Assembly: GCA_964565195.1 (NCBI GenBank) | Contig: CAZMCQ010000001.1 | Location: 61,153-125,152 of the forward strand | Reading direction: 5' to 3' | From: an uncultured Candidatus Saccharibacteria bacterium | GTDB taxonomy: Bacteria > Patescibacteriota > Doudnabacteria > UBA920 > 2-01-FULL-46-14 | Length of the DNA: 64,000 nucleotides | In this document: piece by piece, positions 34,667-43,506 of the stretch | Position numbering within the stretch: the first letter of the stretch is position 1 | Layout of the letters: each line of letters opens with the position of its first letter | Made by a program: the position numbers and the translations under genes | The notes under the pieces: model-generated | Told to the model about the DNA's origin: nothing | What the model saw: only the letters and a program-made list of their open reading frames with translations | The model's database searches: none

Positions 34667-35239
34667 ATGAAATTGGTTTCTGACATCGCGGTTTTGCGCG
34701 CCTCACCGCTAGTCGGGCTGCAAGCTTTTGCGCAAGCCGATTCCCTTTCCCCAAAAAACACTTCCTTTGTCTGGAAGAGCGTTTTGGTGGCTTTGATGCT
34801 GCTTCTCTCGCTCACTGCATCCCCGCTTACCGCTAGCACCGAGAGAAATCTCGAGGCCCGGGATGTCATCGCCGCGCTGAACGCAGACCGCGCGCAAAAT
34901 GACCTCGCTCCCCTCGCAGCCAATCCGCGCCTCGAGGAGGCCGCCCGCAAAAAGGCGGAAGATCTCTTAAAAATTGGTTATTTTGCCCACACCTCGCCGA
35001 TCGGCCTCGAGCCCTGGGACTTTATCCGCGCCGCCGGCTTTGACTATAGTTATGCCGGCGAGAATCTGGCCATGAATTACGGCAACGCCGATGAGCTGGA
35101 ATCTGATTTCCTGCAAAGTCCGTCGCACCGCGAGAATCTCCTCTCGCCAAACTATACTGATGTCGGCGTTGCCGTCGTGCAGGGGTTGTACCAGGGCCAG
35201 GAAGCCGTCATCACGGTGCAGATGTTCGGGACCCCCTAA
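34667..35239 (+). CDS. CAP/SCP-domain extracellular protein
   Basis: Motifs YFAHTSP, AGENLA, SPSHRENLL and VQMFG. Confidence 0.88.
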   Translation: MKLVSDIAVLRASPLVGLQAFAQADSLSPKNTSFVWKSVLVALMLLLSLTASPLTASTERNLEARDVIAALNADRAQNDLAPLAANPRLEEAARKKAEDLLKIGYFAHTSPIGLEPWDFIRAAGFDYSYAGENLAMNYGNADELESDFLQSPSHRENLLSPNYTDVGVAVVQGLYQGQEAVITVQMFGTP

Positions 35240-35409
35240 GTGAGCTTTTTAATTTTGCATATTCCAAGAAGTTATCATCCCTTCGGGAGATCTCCCGTAG
35301 GGAGAGAAAAAGGGCCGGGCCGATCTGCCAAAATAGTGGATCGGCCCAAACAAAAATCCCCGCTCCTAAACGGGGCTTTTTGTTTTAATTTAGCAAAGAT
35401 GAACTGATT

Positions 35410-36087
35410 TCATTTACCCGTCAGGTCCTTCTCGATCGCATCGAGCGCTTTGCGCGCGTGATCCTTCCCGCCGAGGCCGAACGCGAGACCGCCGGCAATC
35501 GCGATCATGGCGACCACCGCGCGGAACAGATCAGCGACAAACTGGTCGCCGACGTTAAGCTGGTTCAGAGCGGCCAGAAAAGCGAAGATCAGGATTGACC
35601 ATTTGGTCAGCAGCGCTAAAGTATCCGAGGTGTGCAGTCCCCCCGCCGCGAGCGAGTGCCGCACCACGCCTTTGAGGAAATTGGCCGCAATCATACCGAT
35701 AAGCAGTATCGCCACCGCGACAATGACATTCCCGAAGTAGGGAATGACCTGCGTGTACAAAAAGCTTGAGACCTGGTCCAGGCCGAGGATGTCTGCCGCC
35801 GCCAAAAAGGTGGCGACGATAAAGAACCATTTCACGAGCCAGTTGCCGAAGCGGGCCACCGAGAGTTTTTTCTCGGTGCGGGCCGAGAGGCGATCCAGTC
35901 CCAGGGAGTTGGCGAGCGTATCAACTTTAAGCGCTTCCAGAAGCTTTTGCACGAGGTTGCCAAGCCCAATGCCGATGATCCAGCCAAGAATCAAAACGAC
36001 GATGGCCACGACCACACCCGGCAAAAACGCCGCGAGCCGCCCGTACAGATCCTGCAGGGAAAAGGCAATAACTTCTCCAGTTGGCAT
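35410..36087 (-). CDS. Mechanosensitive-channel TM-helix repeat (CmpX-like) membrane protein
   Basis: Repeated FLPGVVVAIVVLILG and YFGNVIVAVAILLIG helices; GLAFGLGGKD. Confidence 0.8.
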   Translation of the reverse strand: MPTGEVIAFSLQDLYGRLAAFLPGVVVAIVVLILGWIIGIGLGNLVQKLLEALKVDTLANSLGLDRLSARTEKKLSVARFGNWLVKWFFIVATFLAAADILGLDQVSSFLYTQVIPYFGNVIVAVAILLIGMIAANFLKGVVRHSLAAGGLHTSDTLALLTKWSILIFAFLAALNQLNVGDQFVADLFRAVVAMIAIAGGLAFGLGGKDHARKALDAIEKDLTGK

Positions 36088-36109
36088 TTAAATTTTCACC
36101 CCCTTCCCC

Positions 36110-36177
36110 TAGCTTATAGGTGATAGGAGATAGCTGATAGGAAGTTCCTATAAGCTATAAGCTAACCCCTAAAAGCT
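36110..36177. repeat. Heptamer-array palindrome
   Basis: Four TAGCTTA-like units, a spacer, then four CTATAAG-like units. One arm recurs at 30672-30703. Confidence 0.75.
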
Positions 36178-36185
36178 GTTAATAT

Positions 36186-36626
36186 TCATTCGCCAATTAT
36201 TTGGATTATCACTCTCCGCTTCCGACCACCATCCAATTCCACAAAAAATATGCTTTGCCGGTCGCCCAACACGAGCTCCCCGTCCTGAAGCGGAATGCTC
36301 TGGCTTGCCCCAAGCAGAAACGCTTTGACGTGCGCATGACCGTTGGAGCGTTCGTCCGGTTTGCTGCCGCTTCTCACCTCAAAAAAATCGTGCGCGTAGC
36401 TCATGTCAATGGGGGCGAGACGGTACAGCATCTTCATGAGGTCCTGCTTCAAAAGCGGTTCATTGTGATTTATCCGCACCGCGGCCGTGGTGTGCGGCGC
36501 AAATACCACCACCGCGCCGTTTTTCGCGCCACTGCCCGCGACCGCCGCCCTGACCTCGGCCGTGATGTCAATAAGTTCAAACTGGGTGCGCGATTCGAGC
36601 GCGAGCTCTTTATAACTTGCGGTCAT
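36186..36626 (-). CDS. yjbQ: YjbQ/UPF0047 family protein
   Basis: Motifs PHTTAA, NGHAHVKA, QSIFFVELDG and RKR. Confidence 0.9.
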   Translation of the reverse strand: MTASYKELALESRTQFELIDITAEVRAAVAGSGAKNGAVVVFAPHTTAAVRINHNEPLLKQDLMKMLYRLAPIDMSYAHDFFEVRSGSKPDERSNGHAHVKAFLLGASQSIPLQDGELVLGDRQSIFFVELDGGRKRRVIIQIIGE

Positions 36627-36639
36627 CGTTGTTCTGTAA

Positions 36640-36747
36640 ATAAAAAGGCCACAACCAAAAAGTGGCTTAAATCGCTTTTTTGTTTTGCTTTCCGGCGAGA
36701 TTCATCTTTGCTGAATACATTATAGCAAATTATGAAATTTTTGTCAA
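36640..36747 (-). promoter_or_regulatory. Promoter, 12-aa leader ORF and terminator hairpin upstream of yjbQ
   Basis: TTGACA-N17-TATAAT; MNLAGKQNKKAI* (36705-36667); GCCAC-loop-GTGGC-CTTTTTATTT. Confidence 0.6.
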
Positions 36748-36792
36748 ATTTTTAAGGGCGCGCCGGCAAAGGCACGCCCTGTTTGTGAAACT

Positions 36793-37044
36793 TCATTCTT
36801 CCGCCCCGAACCGTCGCAAAATCCGCTGGCTTAACGGCGAACCCCATCGCACGGCATTGTGAAGCGGAGTATTTTGGAAAGCTCCCCGGTACCGGTGGTC
36901 AGCGCCGAGAATAAGAAGCAGCCAAACGGCAAGCCACCCATTTGGCCAGGCGGCCACCCGATAAAGAGCCCTGTCGCGATGGCGTTCCTTGGGATGGTTC
37001 TTCGCTTCCCGCTGCGGGAAGATTGGAGCATCAGCGCTGTACAT
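36793..37044 (-). CDS. Hypothetical small protein
   Basis: SD AAGGAGG, TATAAT near 37080 and one hydrophobic segment. It may be degenerate. Confidence 0.4.
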   Translation of the reverse strand: MYSADAPIFPQREAKNHPKERHRDRALYRVAAWPNGWLAVWLLLILGADHRYRGAFQNTPLHNAVRWGSPLSQRILRRFGAEE

Positions 37045-37132
37045 TGATCCCTCCTTCCTGTTCCTCCTGGCGCTAGTTTATTATAACAGAATTTGCTATA
37101 TTTATTCGCGAGAGGCATCACGTCACCTTCGC

Positions 37133-37206
37133 GGGGGTGTCGTATAATGGTAGTACAGCGGTCTCCAAAACCGCTTGCGTAGGTTCGATTCCTACCGCCC
37201 CTGCCA
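37133..37206 (+). tRNA. tRNA-Trp (CCA)
   Basis: GCGGT-CTCCAAA-ACCGC anticodon arm, GTAGG-TTCGATT-CCTAC T-arm and encoded CCA. Confidence 0.95.
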
Positions 37207-37231
37207 CTCGACTCGCCTTGATAAATTCAAA

Positions 37232-38890
37232 ATGAAAAAACCTTATCTTTGGATAACCCTCGCCGTGCTGGCCGTTTACGGCCAGGCGTTGTTTTTTAAG
37301 TTCACTTACCTCGACGACTACACGCTGCTCGTCCAGAACGCCGAGAGCTTTACGCGCTTTGCCAATCTTTTTCGCATCTTCACCACGGATTTTCTCTCGC
37401 CCGTCACCGGCGGGCAGTACTACCGCCCGCTCTTTGCGGCTTCCCTAATTCTGAACGGCGCGCTCGGTGGGGGATCGCCCTTCCTCTTTCACCTCACAGA
37501 CATTCTCCTGCATCTCGGCGTCTCGCTGCTTCTTTACCGCTTCCTGTTGAATTTCACGAGCGAGCCGCGGGCCCTCTTCGGCGGCCTCGTCTTTGCCGTG
37601 CATCCCCTGCTCGTCCAAACCGTGGCCTGGATTCCGGGGAGGACTGACTCGCTCGCCGTTTTGTTCATCCTCTGGTATATTATTGCCTTTGATCGCGCGC
37701 TGAAACTGCCGTCCGAGAGAAGGCATTATCTTTATGCCGCGCTGGCCATGGCGGGCGCCCTGCTCTCCAAAGAAACCGCGCTGCTCCTGCCGCTCATTTC
37801 CCTGCTCTACGCGGCCTTAATTTCCGAAAGCGAAAAGAAACACAAAACCCTGTTGCGGTTTGTGCCGATTTGGATCGGACTTCTTGCCCTGTGGTTTGCA
37901 GGCCGCAGTCTGCTGCTCGAAACGGCCGCCGGCTGGCAGATCGAGACAATCTTCTCCTCAATGTATCTCTCCGCGGCAGCAGTCGTGCAGTATTTCGGCA
38001 AAATGCTCTTGCCCTTCAATCTCTCCACCTACCCGGTAATGCCCGATCTTCGGCTCACCTTTGGCTTCCTGGCCCTCGCGGTTGTCGCTCTCGGCCTGCT
38101 TGCCTCCAAATACAAACGTTACCGCGTCGTGATATTCGGTGCGGCCTGGTTCTCGATCTTCCTGTTGGTTTCCCTGATCCGCGTAAAAATCCTGCCGTAT
38201 GACGAAGTGCTCGAGCACCGCGCCTATCTGGCCCTCCCTGGCCTGCTCATCATTATTCTGGAGTTTGACTTCTTCCAAAAAGATTGGCGCTTGGGAGCGC
38301 CGCGTCTCGCAGTCGCGGCAGGAGTTTTGGGCCTGCTCGCCATAATCAACATCGCCCATGCCGCAAACTTCCGCAACGGTCTCGCCTATTGGAAAAAGGC
38401 AGTCGCGACCAGCCCGGGCTCTCCTTTCTCGCATAAGCAGTTCGGCGCTTTGCTTAACGCGAGCGGCGATTACCAGAGCGCCGAGGAAGAATACAAAAAA
38501 GTTATTACCCTGAATCCCGAAAAGACTCTGGTCTACAATAATCTCGGCTTTCTGTACGCTACTCTGGGCCGCGCCAAAGAAGCCGAAACCATGTACCGCT
38601 TCGAGATCGCCGTGAGTCCGGATTATGACAAAAGCTATATGAATCTCGGCAACCTCTACTGGCAGGCCGGCCGCGCCGACGAGGCCGCCGCGCTTTGGCA
38701 GAAAACCATTGCCCTGAATCCCTACTTTTTCCCGGCTTACCGCAATCTGGCCATTTATTACTACGAAAAGGATCGCTATGCCGAAGGAATCAAGGTGCTG
38801 CTCGAGATCCGGGAACGCGGGGGGCAAATTGATGCGGACCTCCTGGAAAGTTACCGGCCGTATTTGCCAAAATCCTGGGATTTGCTATAG
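37232..38890 (+). CDS. TMTC-like multi-TM glycosyltransferase (GT-C) with TPR repeats
   Basis: Motifs YLDD, YYRPL, FAVHP...WIPGR, SKE and EHRAYL, plus C-terminal TPRs. Start moved past the tRNA. Confidence 0.82.
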   Translation: MKKPYLWITLAVLAVYGQALFFKFTYLDDYTLLVQNAESFTRFANLFRIFTTDFLSPVTGGQYYRPLFAASLILNGALGGGSPFLFHLTDILLHLGVSLLLYRFLLNFTSEPRALFGGLVFAVHPLLVQTVAWIPGRTDSLAVLFILWYIIAFDRALKLPSERRHYLYAALAMAGALLSKETALLLPLISLLYAALISESEKKHKTLLRFVPIWIGLLALWFAGRSLLLETAAGWQIETIFSSMYLSAAAVVQYFGKMLLPFNLSTYPVMPDLRLTFGFLALAVVALGLLASKYKRYRVVIFGAAWFSIFLLVSLIRVKILPYDEVLEHRAYLALPGLLIIILEFDFFQKDWRLGAPRLAVAAGVLGLLAIINIAHAANFRNGLAYWKKAVATSPGSPFSHKQFGALLNASGDYQSAEEEYKKVITLNPEKTLVYNNLGFLYATLGRAKEAETMYRFEIAVSPDYDKSYMNLGNLYWQAGRADEAAALWQKTIALNPYFFPAYRNLAIYYYEKDRYAEGIKVLLEIRERGGQIDADLLESYRPYLPKSWDLL

Positions 38891-38929
38891 TTAGCTAACC
38901 ATTATCCTTAACAAGAAAAGGTCAAACCA

Positions 38930-39211
38930 ATGGCAAAAATGACCAAATCACAGCTTTTGAGCGCCCTCGCGGAGAAAACCGGGATGGCGAAAAAAGATGT
39001 GGTGACATTTCTCGACAAAATGGTCGAGATGGCCTACCACGAGGTGAGGTCAAACGGCGAGTTTACGGTTCCGGGCCTTGGCAAGCTCGTCAAGGTGAAC
39101 CGCAAAGCCCGCATGGGCCGCAACCCCGCCACTGGCCAGGAGATTTCCATCCCGGCCAAGACCGTGGTGAAATTCCGCGTCGCAAAAGCCGCCAAAGAAG
39201 CGGTTCTGTAA
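38930..39211 (+). CDS. hup: HU family DNA-binding protein
   Basis: RKARMGRNPATGQEISIPAKTVVKF. Confidence 0.93.
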   Translation: MAKMTKSQLLSALAEKTGMAKKDVVTFLDKMVEMAYHEVRSNGEFTVPGLGKLVKVNRKARMGRNPATGQEISIPAKTVVKFRVAKAAKEAVL

Positions 39212-39255
39212 AACCCCGCACCAGACGGTGCCGGGTAAAAACTCTAGAGTTTTCC

Positions 39256-39282
39256 AAAAAACCGCCTTCGGGGCGGTTTTTT
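39256..39282. terminator. Intrinsic terminator after hup
   Basis: AAAAAACCGCC-TTCGG-GGCGGTTTTTT. Confidence 0.85.
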
Positions 39283-39295
39283 GCATTAAGCACCA

Positions 39296-39456
39296 CTAGT
39301 CCAAATGCCGGTTCACTTCAGTTTCAATTCTTTTTATCCACTCACTTGGCCTTTTGAGAGACCGTTCAAATCCGACTTAACAACCATATTCTCTCGAATG
39401 AATCCGGGTTGCTCGTCGTGTTCAATCAATTTTTGGATTACTTTTTCTTCATTCAT
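39296..39456 (-). pseudogene. Possible frameshifted small coiled-coil gene
   Basis: MNEEKVIQKLIEHDEQ...KGQ stops at 39334. A second frame continues EWIKRIETEVNRHLD*. Confidence 0.35.
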
Positions 39457-39652
39457 TTTTTTAAATTAAATCTAAACCGAATATTTGTCCACTACAACTC
39501 ATACCTCTTTTTTGTTATAATAGAAATATCAATTTAATGGAGGACTCCCATCGGCTCGCCCGAGAGGAAAAGGTGCCACGGAGTTTGCTGTGGACTTGTA
39601 CCAGCGGGCATCATGCTCGCAATCCGTCTCTTCTGAAAGGAGCTCTACTCTA

Positions 39653-39799
39653 ATGGACTACTTTACCATATGTCCGGTCTGCAAACGGTCAGTCGGTGCT
39701 GTCGACGATCTCGCGTCCGGCGACGTTTACGTGGACCATGACGATGCCGCGGGCAAGCCCTGCCCTAATTCCGGCAAACCAGTGATCGAAGCTGCATAG
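39653..39799 (+). CDS. 48-aa CxxC...H...C zinc-ribbon-like protein
   Basis: MDYFTICPVCKR...DHDDAAGKPCPNSGKP; SD AAAGGAG; terminator at 39822-39856. Confidence 0.7.
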   Translation: MDYFTICPVCKRSVGAVDDLASGDVYVDHDDAAGKPCPNSGKPVIEAA

Positions 39800-39856
39800 A
39801 GAGGCAACACCGCATCACGATGGCGGGACCCCGCAAAGGTCCTGCCTGTTTTTTTA

Positions 39857-41524
39857 TTAGCTTCGCTTGATATGTTCGAGCGCAAAGTCGAGGGAGGCGC
39901 CGACTTTTTTGCCGGGGTTGAAAATGCCCAAAGGATCAAAAATCTTTTTGGTCTCAACGAAAAGTTTATAAATCTCCGGGCCGTACATTTTTTCCAGGTA
40001 CGGACTACGGATCAGGCCGTCATTATGCTCGGCGGTCATTGACCCGCCGAACGCAAAGACGAGATCGTAGACGCGCTCGGTAATTTCGACAATGGTCTTG
40101 CGAAAATCGCGGGCCCGAAAATCCATAAGCGGAATGATGTGAAAATTCGCATCGCCCACGTGCCCCGCCACCGTGTAAACAATATTATAGCCGTCGAGAA
40201 TTTCGTAAAGCCGCGGCAGAAAGCGCGGCAACTGCTCGGGCCGCACGATCAGGTCGTCAATAAACGGCGCGGTGTGCAATTTTTTAATGTGGTGGCGAAG
40301 CAGATTGAAACTTTCCCGTCGGATCACCCAGTACTTCTCCCCTTCTTCGGAGGAAAGCGTCAGCCGCGTTTTCAGATGCCGAAATTCCCGCAAACTGTCC
40401 CGGGCTTCCCGGGCGCGCGCCAGCACCTCCTGTTCCTTGTCCCCCGTGAATTCCACGAGCAGCACCATTTTCGGAATGCCGCCGGAAAGCGCGGCCCAGA
40501 ACTCGGGCAGAAAGCGGACGGCCATCGTGAGCAGCCCGCCCCGAAGACGCCTGGCAATTTCCGGAAAAAGTTTCACGGCCACATGGAAGGTGTGGTCATC
40601 ATAGGACTCAAAACTATCCGGCTGAAAATCCAAAATGTGATTAATAATTTTCGGCAGGGGCGCCAGTTCGCGCAAAAACACGACCAGCATGCGCGAATGC
40701 CGGTGCGGTCGCACGAGTTTCAGCCGTGCCTCGGTGATAAAGCCCAGCGTACCCTGCGCGCCGGTGAACAGCTTGGTCAGATCAAACTTACGCGCGGTGA
40801 AGTCCCAGACATTCCAAAGGCAATACCCGGCCGAATTTTTGGAAACCTTGGGCTTGGCTGCGGTAATCGCCGGCCAATTGTCCAAAATCAGCGCGTGCAT
40901 CTTGCGATAAACTTCGCCTTCAAAATTTTCTTGTCGTTGCTTTGCGGCCAGTTCATGTTCACTCAAGGCGCGGAAAGTATATTCATTCCCGTCGGCCAGC
41001 ACAACTTTGAGTGCTTCAACATACTGCTCTGTTTTGCCATATCGCAAAGTTTTTTCGCCGCCGGCATTGTTGGCGATCATCCCGCCCAAAGTACACATCT
41101 CGCGGGAGGCCGGATAACAGGGCAACAGCAGATTTGCTTTCAGCGTGGCCCGCTCAAAGTCGCGATAAAAAACGCCGGGCTCGACCACGGCGAAACCGCG
41201 GCCGATTTTTTTGAGGTGATTGAAATAGCGGGTAAAATCAACCACGATGGACTCGGTGAGCGGCCCGCCGGTCATATCCGAGCCACCCGAGCGCGCCGTG
41301 AGCGATACCCCCGCACCCGCGCGGCGTTCGGCGGCGGCGTGCTTAACCAGAATTTTGAGATCCGCGGCATCCTTTGGATAAACGACGAGCGCGGGGCGCA
41401 CCTCGAACAAACTCGTGTCGCGCGACGCCAAATCCAGCGCGCGCGGACTGTCCGAAACATCGCCGCGAAAATGAACTATTTTTTGAGTTCTTTGTGCAGG
41501 GTGTGTTTTCTGTCCCACTTGCAA
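39857..41524 (-). CDS. FAD-linked oxidase (GlcD/D-lactate dehydrogenase family); start uncertain
   Basis: Motifs [42 protein letters not shown] and FNPGK. Confidence 0.88.
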   Translation of the reverse strand: MQVGQKTHPAQRTQKIVHFRGDVSDSPRALDLASRDTSLFEVRPALVVYPKDAADLKILVKHAAAERRAGAGVSLTARSGGSDMTGGPLTESIVVDFTRYFNHLKKIGRGFAVVEPGVFYRDFERATLKANLLLPCYPASREMCTLGGMIANNAGGEKTLRYGKTEQYVEALKVVLADGNEYTFRALSEHELAAKQRQENFEGEVYRKMHALILDNWPAITAAKPKVSKNSAGYCLWNVWDFTARKFDLTKLFTGAQGTLGFITEARLKLVRPHRHSRMLVVFLRELAPLPKIINHILDFQPDSFESYDDHTFHVAVKLFPEIARRLRGGLLTMAVRFLPEFWAALSGGIPKMVLLVEFTGDKEQEVLARAREARDSLREFRHLKTRLTLSSEEGEKYWVIRRESFNLLRHHIKKLHTAPFIDDLIVRPEQLPRFLPRLYEILDGYNIVYTVAGHVGDANFHIIPLMDFRARDFRKTIVEITERVYDLVFAFGGSMTAEHNDGLIRSPYLEKMYGPEIYKLFVETKKIFDPLGIFNPGKKVGASLDFALEHIKRS

Positions 41525-41634
41525 AATTTTTTTATTTCTAAAGCTTCTGGCGTATTCTTTTTATTTTTATGGGTCTGATAGTTGATGCGCTTGCAAACCG
41601 TGCATTGCATTTTGATCAGAGTTTCCTGCGACAT
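41476..41634 (-). CDS. rpmG: 50S ribosomal protein L33 (not in ORF track)
   Basis: [52 protein letters not shown]. Confidence 0.95.
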   Translation of the reverse strand: MSQETLIKMQCTVCKRINYQTHKNKKNTPEALEIKKFCKWDRKHTLHKELKK

Positions 41635-41657
41635 TTGAATCTTTCTGATTAATTATC

Positions 41658-41733
41658 TGGAGCCTGGGGGGAGGATCGAACTCCCGGCCTTTTCCTTACC
41701 ATGGAAATGCTCTGCCGACTGAGCTACCCAGGC
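41658..41733 (-). tRNA. tRNA-Thr (GGT)
   Basis: GCCTGGG/CCCAGGC acceptor, TTTCC-ATGGTAA-GGAAA anticodon arm and encoded CCA. Confidence 0.95.
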
Positions 41734-41755
41734 ATTTGACAAAGCATAGCTTAAA

Positions 41756-41869
41756 AAATTCCAAATTACAAACCCCAAGTTCCAAATAAGCTCCAAGTTC
41801 CAATTTTCAAACTTTTGGATTTTGATTTTTGGAATTTATTTGGGATTTGGTGCTTCGAATTTGAGATTT
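41756..41869. repeat. Empty heptamer-array palindrome
   Basis: Each arm is four AAATTCC-like 7-mers, then AAATAA, then further 7-mers; the two arms are inverted. Confidence 0.8.
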
Positions 41870-42367
41870 CTATCTTATCTCTGCGTACTGCTTGGTGACC
41901 CAGCCGGACAAAATTTCGCTCACCTTGATCTGATACCAGCCCTGTGCTGCATCCTCGCTCACAAGCTCGTATGACTCGCCGGGCGCCACCTGGGCGACTT
42001 TGGCCGTATTGGTGCCCGGGCCCTGCCGCACGTTCAAATAGCCGGTTGGCGTATCCAGAATCAAAACCTGCTGCACAACCGGCGCAGGCAGAGTTTCCGC
42101 CGTTGTTGTTGGCGTGGTGGTAGGCGTGGCTGTGGATGGGACGATGATCTCCGGGGTAAAGTCGTTTCCCAGAGGATTTTTATAAAACAGCACATAATAA
42201 GTAAATCCCGCCACGGCGACGAAAGTGATAATCGCGACCGCAAGACCAATTTTTAAAAGCCGACTCGACCGCCCGCGCACAAGGCGCGGATCAAGTAGTC
42301 CGGTGTGGTGCGAACGCGTCAGTTTAACAATGGTTTTTTTCGGGGAAACTTTTTTTGGGATGGGCAT
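41870..42367 (-). CDS. TM-anchored bacterial SH3-domain protein
   Basis: TPTGYLNVRQGPG...WYQI...GWV. Confidence 0.85.
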   Translation of the reverse strand: MPIPKKVSPKKTIVKLTRSHHTGLLDPRLVRGRSSRLLKIGLAVAIITFVAVAGFTYYVLFYKNPLGNDFTPEIIVPSTATPTTTPTTTAETLPAPVVQQVLILDTPTGYLNVRQGPGTNTAKVAQVAPGESYELVSEDAAQGWYQIKVSEILSGWVTKQYAEIR

Positions 42368-42376
42368 TGGTTTTTT

Positions 42377-43114
42377 CTAACTCTTTAATGGTAGCGTAAA
42401 ATAGAAAGTTGTGCCATGTCCTTCTTCGGAATGAAAGCCGATCTTCCCGCCCATGGCTTCGATGAGTGATTTGGCGATAAACAAGCCCAGGCCCGTACCA
42501 TCCGGCGCCATCTTGATGACGTTGGGGCTGCGGAAGAATTTGTCGAAAATCCGCTTTTGATCCTCCTCCGGGATCCCCACGCCGGTATCAGTGACGGAAA
42601 TCGTGAGCCGCGTCGTATCGCGAGCCACGGTGATCCGCACCGCGCCATGTTGCGGCGTGTATTTCACGGAGTTGGACAAGAGATTGATGATCACGCGCTT
42701 GAGTTTCTCCTGGTCCACTTCCACCGGTGGCAGCGGGCCGTTAATTATCTCGAAATTCACCGCAAGGCCGCTCGCCTTGACCGTGCGCGCGAAGCTGTCA
42801 ATGGTCTCCCCAATGACGCTCTCAATCTTCGTCGGCCGCAACTCGAGATGAATTTGCCCCTCCTGAATTCGCGAGACGTCGAGAAGGTCATTCACGAGGT
42901 TAATGGCCCGCTGGTTGGACTGGTAAATTTCCCGCAGGTACTCCTGTTGTTTTTCGGAAAGTTCGCCGTGTTTTTTCGCCATCAGCATTTCGGCATACCA
43001 TTTTATGGCTGAGAGCGGCGTCCGCAGCTGATGGGAGGCCAGCGACACAAAGTCGGATTTAATACTTTCAATGTTCGCCTTTCCCGCGCCACCGAGAATA
43101 TTTTTGAATTTCAC
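42377..43114 (-). CDS. Sensor-less histidine kinase (HisKA + HATPase)
   Basis: Motifs SHQLRTPL, NLLSNSVKY, DTGVGI and GTGLGL. Confidence 0.9.
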   Translation of the reverse strand: MKFKNILGGAGKANIESIKSDFVSLASHQLRTPLSAIKWYAEMLMAKKHGELSEKQQEYLREIYQSNQRAINLVNDLLDVSRIQEGQIHLELRPTKIESVIGETIDSFARTVKASGLAVNFEIINGPLPPVEVDQEKLKRVIINLLSNSVKYTPQHGAVRITVARDTTRLTISVTDTGVGIPEEDQKRIFDKFFRSPNVIKMAPDGTGLGLFIAKSLIEAMGGKIGFHSEEGHGTTFYFTLPLKS

Positions 43115-43506
43115 CCCGTTTGATCCTTTCGCAATGTTCCATTAATGATTTTTTTCATTGACGCAAAATCATGCTCGGCCTTGATGAGGTAGCTGGCCGC
43201 GCCAAGCGCGGAGGCACGCGCTTGCTGCTCGCCGTCGCCGAGATTGGACAGCACCACGATCGGGATGTTCGCCGTTGCGGGATTGTCCTTCAGAATCTTC
43301 ATCACCTCAAAACCGTTAAGCTCCGGGAGGATGATGTCGAGCAAGATGAGCGCCGGTTTCTCCTGCGGGATGCGACGCACCGCTTCCGGTCCGGTGGTGA
43401 TGCCGATGGCCTGGTAACCCTCACTCTCGAGCCATTCGCAAAGCACGCGCTGCAGCGCCTCTTCGTCCTCGACTACGGCAATTTTCAATCTCGGTTCATT
43501 TTCCAT
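43111..43506 (-). CDS. Stand-alone response regulator receiver
   Basis: Motifs VEDE, LLDIILP, LSN and YLIK. Confidence 0.9.
   Translation of the reverse strand: MENEPRLKIAVVEDEEALQRVLCEWLESEGYQAIGITTGPEAVRRIPQEKPALILLDIILPELNGFEVMKILKDNPATANIPIVVLSNLGDGEQQARASALGAASYLIKAEHDFASMKKIINGTLRKDQTG

Noticed and set aside
35276-35385. Cluster of hairpins between convergent genes as an ncRNA
   Set aside because: It is explained by terminators plus a short palindromic repeat, with no recognisable RNA family or promoter.
36690-36712. GATGAATCTCGCC resembling a fluoride riboswitch 5' end
   Set aside because: P1 pairing and the 3' pseudoknot segment are missing.
37175-37231. ORF-track N-terminal extension of the TPR protein
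   Set aside because: It overlaps tRNA-Trp; ATG 37232 is the plausible start.
40139-41578. Long antisense ORFs (also 4381-5136, 8601-9473, 32946-33845 and 37958-38827)
   Set aside because: They are shadow frames of well-supported genes on the opposite strand and have no motifs.
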